This document shows positions 23,671 through 34,956 of a DNA stretch of 64,000 bases, one piece after another. The position numbers were made by a program, and so were the translations under genes. Source of the stretch: Utricularia gibba. Taxonomy: Eukaryota; Plantae; Magnoliophyta. How positions within the stretch are numbered: position 1 is the stretch's first letter; every line of letters starts with the position of its first letter. Where the stretch lies: positions 1,054,001-1,118,000 of the forward strand of contig NEEC01000015.1 in the NCBI GenBank assembly GCA_002189035.1, given 5' to 3'. The notes beneath the pieces were generated by a model. The model was not told the DNA's origin. It did not search any database and saw nothing but the letters and a program-made list of their open reading frames with translations.

Positions 23671-25109
23671 TTTAGGGGTGTGACTCGACTTCTTGTCTGG
23701 CTACTCACATGTATTTGCCTACACGCTGTCAGGGTCGCCTCCCAGATCTTCGCCTAGACACATCTACATGAAAAGATGTTAGAACGCATACTGACAAGAC
23801 AGAATCGCAAGCTCAGGACATGATCGCCACCTCACGGGGTTTTCTTGGTTTCCAAACTCTCATCAAATAGAAACACTGCCAAGCCCTACGCAGCATGCGC
23901 TGGTTTTCTTGGTTTCCAACTCAACGCAATCGCACATGCAGCCCCTTCGAAACCCGAATTCTGTCTGCACTTCCGCAAGCATCCAAACCAACCTAGTCAA
24001 CCAGTTTTATCAAGAACATTCTAGTTAGCGCTGTCCGTTTGTGCATTTATTAAGGATGTGCTACATTTCAACCATGAAAAATGAATGCGATGTTGAATTC
24101 ATTCATAATCTTCTCAATCGTGGTGCCTTCATGGCCACACTCTACAGTCGTGTATGATCTTCCCAAGCATATCGACTGGAAGGTTCCAAGATCTGCTGAA
24201 TCCACCAAAAAAGCAAGAAACGGGGGTCGTCATCATCAGAGATTGGGATAGAGCAACCACCCGCATCAAGTTGATGATCGAAAGTGATGATGGGGGTGTG
24301 AATTAATTAATTCTTGGAAGATTAGCAGAATGGAATAACCGATGATGCGCCAGCCCAAGGATCCGGACTTGGGATCATGTAATCGGAGTCGACAGCTACG
24401 CCACGACGCTGAACTCTCCTTTGTAATTAAGACGTGGGCCGAGCGCCCTTGACAATTCTCACTCACACGGACCAATAAAAAATAGGTGGAGTTTGGGGGT
24501 CGAATTTAATTTATAATCAATATAAATAATTTAAATCTTAAATTTTAAAATTACCTCATATGCTCCTAAACTTATTTTTTAAAATAGTTTGTTCTCAAAT
24601 TTATGAAATTACTTATCTAATTACTCATGTTATCAAAACTAATCAATTTTGATATTAGCGTTATTATAATGATATATCATACATAATGTAAACGTAATAT
24701 AATTATCGTTACTTGGAATTATATAATTTGCGAATGTGATATAACACCAACAAAAATATCATTTCATTTGCAAAACTCCATACACAATGCAAAAGGCCCT
24801 AGATTAAAAATCATCAAATGATCCAAATTGATTTTGGATTAAAAATCATTGTGAGGTAGGGGATTGAAATTAATTAAGTTTGGCATTGCCACCCACACGT
24901 GGTGTCGATGGGGCCCAGTAAATTCTTTTTTTGCCCTAAAAAACTCGAATTTATGTTTGAGTTCCCTCGCCACGTAATCCAAAGCTGTTAATTTATTCGT
25001 GGATCCGGCCCCTACAGTCCACTTGTATGCGCCACTAATGGGCCCCACGAAGCACAGTACATCCATGGTATATATAGTAGCTTCACGGGTTGTCTTCTTT
25101 CGTACCAAA

Positions 25110-26006
25110 ATGGCAACGAAAATGGTGAAGAAGTTCCGTCGAACAGTGTCGTTTCCGAATCCTCCGCCTCCGGCGGGATCCTCACCGGCACACCGGGAGA
25201 GCATTCACGTTCGATCTTCGAGTCTTACTTGCCGTTTTTGTCCTATTCTTTCGCGACTCAGGGGCGAGATCGCGGATCTGAGGAGTTGGGAAACCGGCTG
25301 CAGAACCTCTACTTGGATCTGTGACGGCTTGAGCCGCCTTAAAGCCGTCCATGAGACTCTCGACTACATCCTCCATCTACCTAAGACGCGCGACGCCCTC
25401 CGCGGTGCGTACGCTGGCGTGACGGAGAAGCTTCTGGAAGACCTCCTCCTATTCATCGACGTGTACGGAAAATTCCAGGCTCTGATTCAGAGTATGAAGG
25501 AAGAGCAATCCGCCGCGCAGATTGCCGTCAGAAGAAAAGACGATGCCAAAGCCGCCTCGTGCTGGAAGAATCTGAACAAAATCGTCAAGGAAATCAGGAG
25601 ACTAAACTCGAATTTCTCATCGATCGAAAAATCGGCGTCCACAGCAGCCGGATCGGCGGATTCCAATGCGGTGGAACTCATCGACGCGATTAACGATGTG
25701 ATTAGGGTGACTGCGTCGACGTCGGCGACAATCTTCGCTAGGATCTCGAATTCGTGGGCGTTCCGAAGCCAACCGTCGATTCTGCTGAACCTGATGACGA
25801 AATCGAAGCAGGAGGAAGGAATCTGGGACTTTCAGGGAGTCAATCTGGAAAATCCGAGCAAGAAAACACTTCAAGAAGTGACAATGGCGTCGAAGAAGAT
25901 GCAAGAAATGGAAGATCTGATGGAGAAGATTGAATCATGCAGCGATAGAGCGTTTCGGAGTTTGATCAAGTCTAGGGTTTCTCTACTCAATGTCCTCACA
26001 CAATAG
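25110..26006 (+). CDS. DUF241 family protein, single exon
   Basis: HVRSSSLTCRFCP (cf. HVRSxSLPxRxHP), GLSRLKAVHETLDYILHLP, KLLEDLLLFIDVYG and the terminal FRSLIKSRVSLLNVLTQ. ATG at 25110, downstream of TATATATA near 25068. Confidence 0.9.
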   Translation: MATKMVKKFRRTVSFPNPPPPAGSSPAHRESIHVRSSSLTCRFCPILSRLRGEIADLRSWETGCRTSTWICDGLSRLKAVHETLDYILHLPKTRDALRGAYAGVTEKLLEDLLLFIDVYGKFQALIQSMKEEQSAAQIAVRRKDDAKAASCWKNLNKIVKEIRRLNSNFSSIEKSASTAAGSADSNAVELIDAINDVIRVTASTSATIFARISNSWAFRSQPSILLNLMTKSKQEEGIWDFQGVNLENPSKKTLQEVTMASKKMQEMEDLMEKIESCSDRAFRSLIKSRVSLLNVLTQ

Positions 26007-26359
26007 CCATCGTACTTCGCATTTTACACGCACACACAAAAAAAAAAAATTGTATATCTTGTTACATATGGATTGAGAGTGTATAGACGAATAAGCTTGG
26101 GTTTGAGTGGGGCCCATGGAGACAGGTTTGAGCCTTCTACGAGGAGCCCAACAACCTATTACACAGTATTGTGAATCCAGGGCCTTAGTCTAGGCTCAAT
26201 ATGAATGGGCTAAGTATCTATGGGCTTGAAAATGAAGGTGAACTCTTCTTCTGTGCTGTACAACTAGCGTGACTGTTCTTGAACCTCTGAAAACCCCTAA
26301 TTCAGCAGCGTTCATTTTTGTTGTTTCAGAGAACACCGCGGCGGTTGCACAAGCCGGAA

Positions 26360-27775
26360 ATGGGGAAAATTCCGCAGTATTTCAGAAACATAGCAGCGAC
26401 ATCCTCCCTGACGTCACTAATGAAACCAGAGACCACCGTTGTTCAGTCAGAAACCGAGCACAAGATTCCGTACTTGCGATCGCGGAATAAAGATTCCGTG
26501 CGTAAACCCACCAGGAAGGCTTATTCGAATCCGGAGGTGAACGCTCTGTCTATTGTTTTCGATTCACCAAGTCTCTCTGAAGCTAAAACCACCTTCAATT
26601 CGCTCGTTTCCTCTGGCAGAGACATTCCTTCTGATCCCAATTTCTTTAATAGGATTCTTCACTCGTTTTCCTCTGTTTCGGCTCTCCAAGATTCCGTTTT
26701 GTTCCTCAGTCATATGATTAAAAAGTACCCAGCTTTCTGCCCCAACCATTTTACGTATCACATTCTTCTCAAGCAATCGTGTTCGATACCCGATGAACAG
26801 TCTCTATCGCCTGTCATCGGCATTCTAAATTTTATGAAGGATTCTGGATTTCCACCAAATGTGGTTTCTTTGGATATTGCAGTTAGAGCTCTATGTGAAT
26901 GTGGAGGTGAAGACCGTGCAGTTGAGCTGGTTAAGGAGCTTTCAGCTTCGAACGTGCTGCCAGATGCGTATACTTACAATTTTTTGGTTAGACAGTTGGT
27001 TAAGAATAGGTCTATAAGCACTGCGGACTCCTTTATAAGGGATATGAAAGACTTTGGTATCAAACCTGATATTGTGACTTTCACTATCATGATTGATAAT
27101 GTCTGTAACTCAAAAAACTTGAGGGAAGCAACGAGGTTATTGAGTGTGCTGCGTCTGAAGGAGGGTTTGAAACCTGATGCCTGCGTATACAATATGATTA
27201 TGAAGGGGTATTGCTCCTTGAATCAAGGAGGTGAGGTTTTGGGAGTATATAAGAGAATGCAGGACGAACAAGTCGAACCCGATCGCATCACCTATAATAC
27301 CTTGATCTATGGGTTGGCTTTATCTGGAAGGATTAACGATGCTTTGAAGTACCTAAGAGTTATGAGGGAAAAGGGACATTCTCCGGATGCAATCACTTAC
27401 ACTTCATTGATGAATGGGATGTGTAGGAAGGGTGATGCATTAGGGGCAATGGCATTGTTGGAGGAGATGAAAAAGGAGTGTGACCCAAATTCGTGTACAT
27501 ACAACACACTCCTTTATGGGCTGTGTAAAGCCAGACTGTTAGATGAAGCACTTAAGTTTTATAATGTTATGAAGACCAATGCTATTACGCTGGAAACAGG
27601 GACATATGGATCCCTTTTAAGAACCTTATGTAGGAACGGCAGAGTTGCTGATGCTTATGAAGTTTTCGATTATGCTGTTGAGACCAAGAGCTTTCCAGTT
27701 TTTGCTGCTTATTCTACCCTGGAAAGCACACTTAAGTGGCTGAGAAATGCGAGAGAACGAGGTATTGTGGCCTAA
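26360..27775 (+). CDS. P-class pentatricopeptide repeat protein (At2g17670-like, from recall)
   Basis: Repeated PD..TYN..I.G.C motifs. The start MGKIP and end AYSTLESTLKWLRNARERGIVA match the recalled ortholog pattern. Confidence 0.93.
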   Translation: MGKIPQYFRNIAATSSLTSLMKPETTVVQSETEHKIPYLRSRNKDSVRKPTRKAYSNPEVNALSIVFDSPSLSEAKTTFNSLVSSGRDIPSDPNFFNRILHSFSSVSALQDSVLFLSHMIKKYPAFCPNHFTYHILLKQSCSIPDEQSLSPVIGILNFMKDSGFPPNVVSLDIAVRALCECGGEDRAVELVKELSASNVLPDAYTYNFLVRQLVKNRSISTADSFIRDMKDFGIKPDIVTFTIMIDNVCNSKNLREATRLLSVLRLKEGLKPDACVYNMIMKGYCSLNQGGEVLGVYKRMQDEQVEPDRITYNTLIYGLALSGRINDALKYLRVMREKGHSPDAITYTSLMNGMCRKGDALGAMALLEEMKKECDPNSCTYNTLLYGLCKARLLDEALKFYNVMKTNAITLETGTYGSLLRTLCRNGRVADAYEVFDYAVETKSFPVFAAYSTLESTLKWLRNARERGIVA

Positions 27776-29417
27776 CTTTTATATTTAGTTCATGTTGAAA
27801 TCTGCTGTATATTGATTTTTGAAGAAGAAAAAAAAGCGCACATCATTAATCTTTCACCCCAGATTTCAAATCTGGTCGTGCCATTTCCTTTTTCATGTGA
27901 CGACATGGTAGTTAGTGAAGTAGCCATTGCAAAGATCAACTTGGTTTGAATGCAGGATACTCTCTACTTCCTGGTCTAAGTTGACAGCCTTACTTCAGGT
28001 TAATTTGCTAATCAATGAACTTGGAAGTTTCTAGTTCCCTCAAAAGTGACCAATATTAGATCCTTAGAATTCACAAGTCAGGATCAAGTAGTGAAAAGGA
28101 TCCTTCTTAAAGCATGTTTGACAAATCCCCAGTTTCATAATGCACATTTCTGGTCACTTTCGTGTTGAAATCCTTCCTTCAGGTTGCTTGACACGCACTG
28201 CCCATCAATAAATGCTTCTAGTTGCCTCAAAATCCAGCTTAGTGTGCTACTTGTTTGGCTTCCTTTTATTATGATCTCCTTTAATTGCCTCAAGCTTTGC
28301 ACACTCGGTTTCTTCACGCTACTGCAATTTTGAGTTCCTGATCTGTGATGCCATTGTAGCTCTCATTGAGTGAAGCTTTTTAGGGGCAAATTTGCAATTT
28401 CACCACTTGAGATAAAGTTCATCAATTTAAATCAACCAAAGTTTAAGATAAATATTTTTATTTTATATTTAAAAATATTTTGAAGCAAAGTTGGAGGGAT
28501 ATCATTGGCACACAAGTTTTTATGAATATTTTATTTAATATGAGTATTTAATAAGAATTTTTAAATGAAAATAATAGTTTAATTCAAAACTGATTTCAAC
28601 TCATTCGTACGTTATGAAAATAAGGAAAATTATATTTTTTATATTAAATTTTCGGAATGATTTATTTAACATATTTTAAATTTCATTTATCAAACATATT
28701 TTATATTTAAATTCATAAATTATATTTTATTTCAAATTATATAAATAAAATTCCAAACAGCTTCCTTGATGAATATGACTCTTCCAAAGTTGTGAGCCTT
28801 TTTTCTCGTACCGGAGGGGGCCTACCCAACATCCCCAAGTCTCGTACCTTCCGATGACCGGGTTGTGACGCTGCGCATTGCAACAGGGAGGAAGCAGTGC
28901 CTCCGATTGTTAAGGGTATTGATAACCGTCACATTGGACCGAGGAGAAAAAGAGAAAGGGGTCATGTGGGAGGCATAATTACGCTGAACCTGTGTTTGTT
29001 CCGGTCGGCCGGACAGGGTACTGTCGCCGCCGTCAACGTTACTCCACCTAAATTACCTTTAGGAGTTGCCGTATGTCATTCTTATAAATGATCATTAATA
29101 GAACTAGCCCACCATCAGAATCTGAATTGATTTCTGGTATCTTTCTTATATATTGTTTTCAATAAATTCTCACTCGTTTAGGAATGGTGAATTATTTAGG
29201 CGGTGGGGGTGATCGGGAATTGTTGAAGAAACAGTGTATCTCCATTTTTGCTACATACTTTATATATGGAGACCACGCCCCCATACGCCTCTGACACTCA
29301 CTGGTTTTTCCACCTCCGCTTTCTGTGCATTCCAGCTTTCTACTTGCAACAAACTGGTAAGTGGTAGCTGTGTGTCGCCAGAAAAACATCTCTTTCTCCT
29401 TTCTCACACAACAGAGG

Positions 29418-31882
29418 ATGGCACCACCACCACTCGTAGTACCGGTATTTTTGGCATTTCTTGTGGCAGCGGCGGTTGCCGAGAGCCCCTACAGATTGTT
29501 CTCCTGGAACGTCACCTACGGCACGATTTACCCTCTTGGGGTCGCTCAACGGGTACCCTGTGGCATCTGTGTTTGATATGTTTGTATGCAGGATCTTGTG
29601 CAGCGGCGGTGGGTGGACTGATTTGAGTATCTGTTTTACAGGGGATTTTGATCAATGGGAGGTTTCCGGGCCCGGAGATTCACTCCGTCACCAACGACAA
29701 TATTATTGTCAATGTAATCAACAGCCTTGATGAGCCTTTCCTCATCCACTGGTAACCACCAACCCTGTGATGCGATATACGATAGAATAGGCGCAATGTG
29801 AATCATTCTTTTACATCTTTGTAGTTTTGGTTCTTCTTGCCGGTTTCTTGAATTCAAATAGAAGAGAGACAGGGTTCGAGAAAGTTCATATCTTTGATGA
29901 AGGAACTTTGTCATTTGGTGGGAGGCTAACTCCTACGCCAGGGGGGGACTGAGCTAAATGTGTGATTCTTGTTGTGTTGAGTACAGGTCTGGAGTACAGA
30001 ACAGAAAGAATTCATTTGAGGATGGTGTGTACGGTACAACTTGTCCGATCCCCCCTGGCAAGAACTTCACCTACATTCTGCAAATGAAGGATCAGATTGG
30101 GAGCTTCTTCTACTTCCCATCGTTGGGTTTTCAGAAGGCCGCCGGCGGCATTGGCGGAATCCGGATCCTCAGCCGACACGTGATCCCAGTCCCCTTTGAT
30201 CCTCCAGCTGCGGATTATTTCCTGCTTGTTGGAGACTGGTACAAGTCCAATCACACGGTATACATAGAAATGCTGTTGAGAGACTTATTCTTTGTGCAGG
30301 GTATATTTCCGTCTGGTGTTCTAATTTTGCTGCTATGGCTTGTAACTTAAAGGACTTGAGAGCCATTCTTGATGGGGGCAGGCAACTGCCATTTCCTGAT
30401 GGACTCCTCATCAATGGCCGTGGTCCAAATGGAACTTCAGTCAGAGTTCAACAAGGTAGATCTGCATCTTCTAACCTGAGCAACATGAGGAATGGCTGAT
30501 TCATGGTTGTTCTTTCCTCAGGGAAGACGTACAGGCTGAGAATCTGCAACGTTGGGTTGCAGAATTCGCTCAACTTCCGGATTCAGGGGCACAGGATGAA
30601 AGTAGTGGAGATTGAGGGAACTCATACCTTGCAAATCAGCTACTCATCTCTGGATATTCATCTTGGCCAATGCATTTCGGTGCTTGTAACTGCTGATCAG
30701 CCGCCTCGAGCTTATTACATTGTTGTTTCCACACGGTTTACTTCTCAGATTCTCACCACCACTGCGTTTCTTCGTTACATGGAGTCCAGTAGGCCTCCAC
30801 TAGGCCCTCTTCCCGGCGGTCCGACGACTCAAATCGATTGGTCCTTGAAGCAGGCCCGTTCCTTCAGGTACTCTGAATCGGCATCTGTACTGAATCAAGA
30901 TTGAAACTTTTTATCCCGACATTCTTGATGCTTCTGAACCCAGGACGAATCTTACAGCCAGTGGACCGAGGCCGAATCCTCAAGGATCATACCACTACGG
31001 CACGATCAACCCTTCGAGAATCATCAGGCTGCGTAGCTCCGCCGGCCTGGTAAACGGGAAGCAGCGATATGCAATAAACAGCGTCTCTTTTGTCCAAGCC
31101 GACACCCCCTTGAAACTGGCCGATTACTTCAAGATCAGCGGCGTCTACCGTATTGGGAGCATGCCGTATGCACCCTCCGGACGAGCAATATACCTGGATA
31201 CATCAGTACTTCAGACCAACTACCGAGCCTTCATCGAGATCGTCTTCGAGAATCCAGAGGACATCATCCAGAGCTACCATTTCAACGGCTACTCCTTCTG
31301 GGTTGTAGGGTAAGCAATCCCTCACCAAACCATATCATCCTGCACAGTTCCTCAACACAAAACTTTTCTTCACAGAATGGATGGTCTCCCGTGGAATGCT
31401 ACAAGCAAGGGCCAGTACAATCTCCGCGACGCCGTATCCCGCAGCACAGTCCAAGTAAGCAATTAAACTACCACTCTTCTAACCCCCCAAAACAGAATCT
31501 GAGAGCATCCGATCAACTACAGGTTTATCCGAGATCATGGACAGCAATCTACGTCGCGCTGGATAATGTGGGAATGTGGAACTTGAGATCAGAAACGTGG
31601 AGCAGACAGTATCTGGGGCAGCAGTTTTATCTCAAAGTCCACACATCTTCCACATCCCACAGAGACGAATACCCCATCCCGAAAAATGCCCTTCTCTGTG
31701 GCCGGGCTGCCGGAAAACGTACTCGCCCCTCTACCCATTTCATCCATAGGCGTTCCGACAAAGCCCTGCGAACGCCGGTGCTAATAAATGGCCTTAGCTT
31801 ACGCTCCTCCATTCTCCTCCTCTTTCCACAAGTGCTGTTTGCTGTGAAATGGAATATGGCAATTACTTTTTCATTTATTTAA
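29418..31882 (+). CDS. SKU5-similar (SKS4/5-type) monocopper oxidase-like protein / L-ascorbate oxidase homolog, multi-exon
   Basis: Signal peptide, then ESPYRLFSWNVTYGTIYPLG, ILINGRFPGP, CPIPPGKNFTY, KDQIGSFFYFPSL, GPRPNPQGSYHYG, NVGMWNLRSE and IPKNALLCGRA. GT-AG introns. Confidence 0.93.
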
Positions 31883-32304
31883 ATAAGCTGATTATTTCAT
31901 TTCTTTATTCGTTTTTTACATTTACTTTCAAATGGTTTAAAATAAAATAAAAAATTGCGTAATTACAAAATTTTAAAACTCATGAATTTATTCATCACAA
32001 ATATAAATCATCACATACCCACAAAATTTTTAAAAATACTTTAAAAGATAATTACAACTAATTGAATTCCATTCAATTTATAATAAAAATAATTCAATCA
32101 AAATCAATGATTAGAATAAAAAATTGATTCAATCGTTTTTGAAACAACATTAAAAAAAAAAAAATCCAATTTTATTGCAAAATAAGGATATTTATTGTCT
32201 AATAAAATCTAAAAAAAAGATGCAGTTTACGTAGACGCAGCAGACTCGTCGACTTCGAGTCTTCGACTTTCGGCATCCGTTTTCGGCTCTTGTAGTTTCA
32301 TTTC

Positions 32305-34145
32305 ATGGCCACTGCAACTTCTCTGGATCCTGACCTCATAATTCACCACGAATTCCCCACGGTAACTTCGATTGCTTTTTCATGGCTTGACGGATTTGTG
32401 TTTAATTTTTGAATTTCATGGATTGGTGGATTGAGCGCATCAGTCTACCTATACTTACACCGAGAGGTCAGAATTTGAGTTTTCTGCTACAAAAATATAG
32501 TCTTGGTATGTAATGACTGAATCTAGTGACGAACAGGGATGTTGCTATTTATGCACTGGGTATTGGAGCTTGTTCGATTGATCCCCTGGATGCTAAGGAG
32601 CTGAAATATGTGTACCATGAAGATGGGCAGCAATTCATCCAGGTATTCATTTGGGAATTTATTTAGTAAACATGGTTTGTTCATGCCTGCTTGGTTTCAA
32701 AATAATTGTCATGATTGCCGTTGTCGAGAAAGTGCTGATCATTATTTTTTCTTGCACTCTTCAAATCCTGTTGCAGGTGCTACCAACATTTGCAGCCTTG
32801 TTTGTTTTGAATGTTCTGTCTGAGCTCTCAAGTATTCCAAGTTTTGAGTAAGTGCTATTGTTTTTGAGTGACTCTGAGGTGTTTGATGAATTGATCTTAA
32901 TTAGGAACTTTAATCACCACCCATTTTGACCGATGTTGTTTTCCAGATATGATCCCCGTCTACTGTTGCATGGGCAACAGTATATTGAGATCTTGAAACC
33001 CCTTCCGACAAGCGGCTGTGTAATGTTCATCATCATTAACTGCTACCATATATGCCACCGTTTTCTGCTCTTTTGAAATGCTAAGTTTGTTAGCAACCTT
33101 TTTTATGCAGCTATTAAACAAGTCGACCATCTCTGGTTTACATGATAAGGGTCTGTTTTAAGGTGTATAGCAATCTAAGCGATGTTGCTTTGATGACCGG
33201 TGAGATCATTTTAAATGGTTTTCTCAGGTAAAGCAGCCGTTCTAGAGGTGGAGACCCTAACATATGAGAAAGAGTCTGGTGATTTGCTCTGCTGCAACAG
33301 GTGAAACTCCATAATCAAGCCATTTTTGCTTCTCTACTCCCATTGCTTCTGTAGTAAACAGGTCTTTCCACCATAGGATGACTGCTTATCTGAGGGGTGC
33401 TGGTGGATTCTCAAAATCATCCAAGCCATTCTCATACTCCAAATACCCCCCTGATGCCACAGCTGTCCCCAAAATCCCTGAATCGAAAGTATTTGCCGTA
33501 TACGAAGAATCCACACAGCCATCGCAGGTTACCATACTGCAATTCCCCACTTGCCTCCACCTTCTGGTTTTTGTTTCATACGATTTCCCATGGCGCAGGC
33601 GCTGCTTTACAGGCTCTCTGGTGATTATAACCCTTTACATTCAGATCCAGTGATTGCAGGAGTTGCAGGGTAGTAGACAACTGCTTCCTCTCCTAAATGG
33701 CTATATCCACCATGCTTCCGTTACCTTGCTGTCTCCATGAAAGCCTTTTCTGATATGATTTAAGCACTAAATCATTCCACATGTAGATTTTCCCGTCCGA
33801 TACTACATGGACTATGCACTCTGGGGTTTGCGGTTAGAGCCATCATCAAGATCATCTGTCGAGGGGATCACAATATGATCAAGAACATAACCGGGAGGTT
33901 TCTGCTGCATGTGTTCCCTGGCGAAACACTCATCACAGAAATGTGGGTTGAAGAAATGCGGTATGGCTTCTACTCAGTGACCATATTTGGCATCCCACAT
34001 GATAAAGACTTGTGTTTTTTTTTTTTTCCTTTTGTTCACGAAGTTCAAAACTTGCAGGGTGATTTATCAGGTGAAGGTAAAAGAAAGAAACAGAGCGGTT
34101 CTTTCTGGAGTCGTCACTCTTTCTCAACTTACCAGTGCCCAGTAA
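32305..34145 (+). CDS. ECH2: Enoyl-CoA hydratase 2 (peroxisomal MaoC-like dehydratase), multi-exon with a 23-nt micro-exon (32444-32466)
   Basis: YTYTERDVAIYALGIGAC, LLHGQQYIE, YLRGAGGFS, hydratase-2 motif YRLSGDYNPLHSDP, PILHGLCTLGF, HVFPGETL. Stop at 34143-34145. Confidence 0.93.
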
Positions 34146-34956
34146 TACTTGCTTCCATCCAAGACTTGTTTATACTCGGCGTGCATTCCCAATAAGGAAG
34201 GCTTGTTAAGTTTGTTTATGATACCCGACACACATATATTGAAAAAATATGAACATATTTGAATTTTGAAATAGTTTCTGTTTCAAAAAAAATATAATCT
34301 ATAAATGATTTTTAATTTAAAAACATTCAAATTATTAATGTAAATTTTATTAAAAATAGAATTAAACATATATTACAACAATTTAATAGATGTGTTATTT
34401 AATACATGAGTGATTTATAAAACAGTTGTATAAGTTATCCAATTATATATTTTAAAATAATTATCTATTTTAATTATGTTTATCAAATACAATAATATAT
34501 CAAACACATATTTGTAAAATCTGTATATCAAATATATTTTAATTATCAATACAATTATTTAAATATAAATAAATGCAAATATACATATTAATTAAATTAC
34601 TTTACCAAAATACACTCTTGTTTTTTTTATGATATTTAACAATATCATAATATCAATTTTTCACATTTAATCATACTTCTGCACATTCAAAATCAGAGAT
34701 TTTGAGTAAGAATGGAATAAGAAATATTTATAAATAAAATAATTATCATAATCTTGAAACTTTTTTCTTAAAAGTGAATAACATAAAAATTAGATGTCTA
34801 ATTAGATAATATCATAAAGGATAAAGTGGATCATAACATTTGGTATCAATTTCATATGTTTAAATTAAGTTAATGTGTGGAAATAAGGATACAGAAGTCT
34901 TTTTTTGTTACACATTTCATTACATGATGGACATGGACCACATGAAAAACTAAGTG

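Noticed and set aside
24152-24191. Minus-strand WNLPVDMLGKII resembling an F-box start
   Set aside because: About 12 aa with a stop soon after and no supporting downstream domain.
28135-28317. 60-aa minus-strand ORF with an LRR-like SLRQLKEIII
   Set aside because: One short motif, an alternative start codon and no continuation; at most a decayed fragment.
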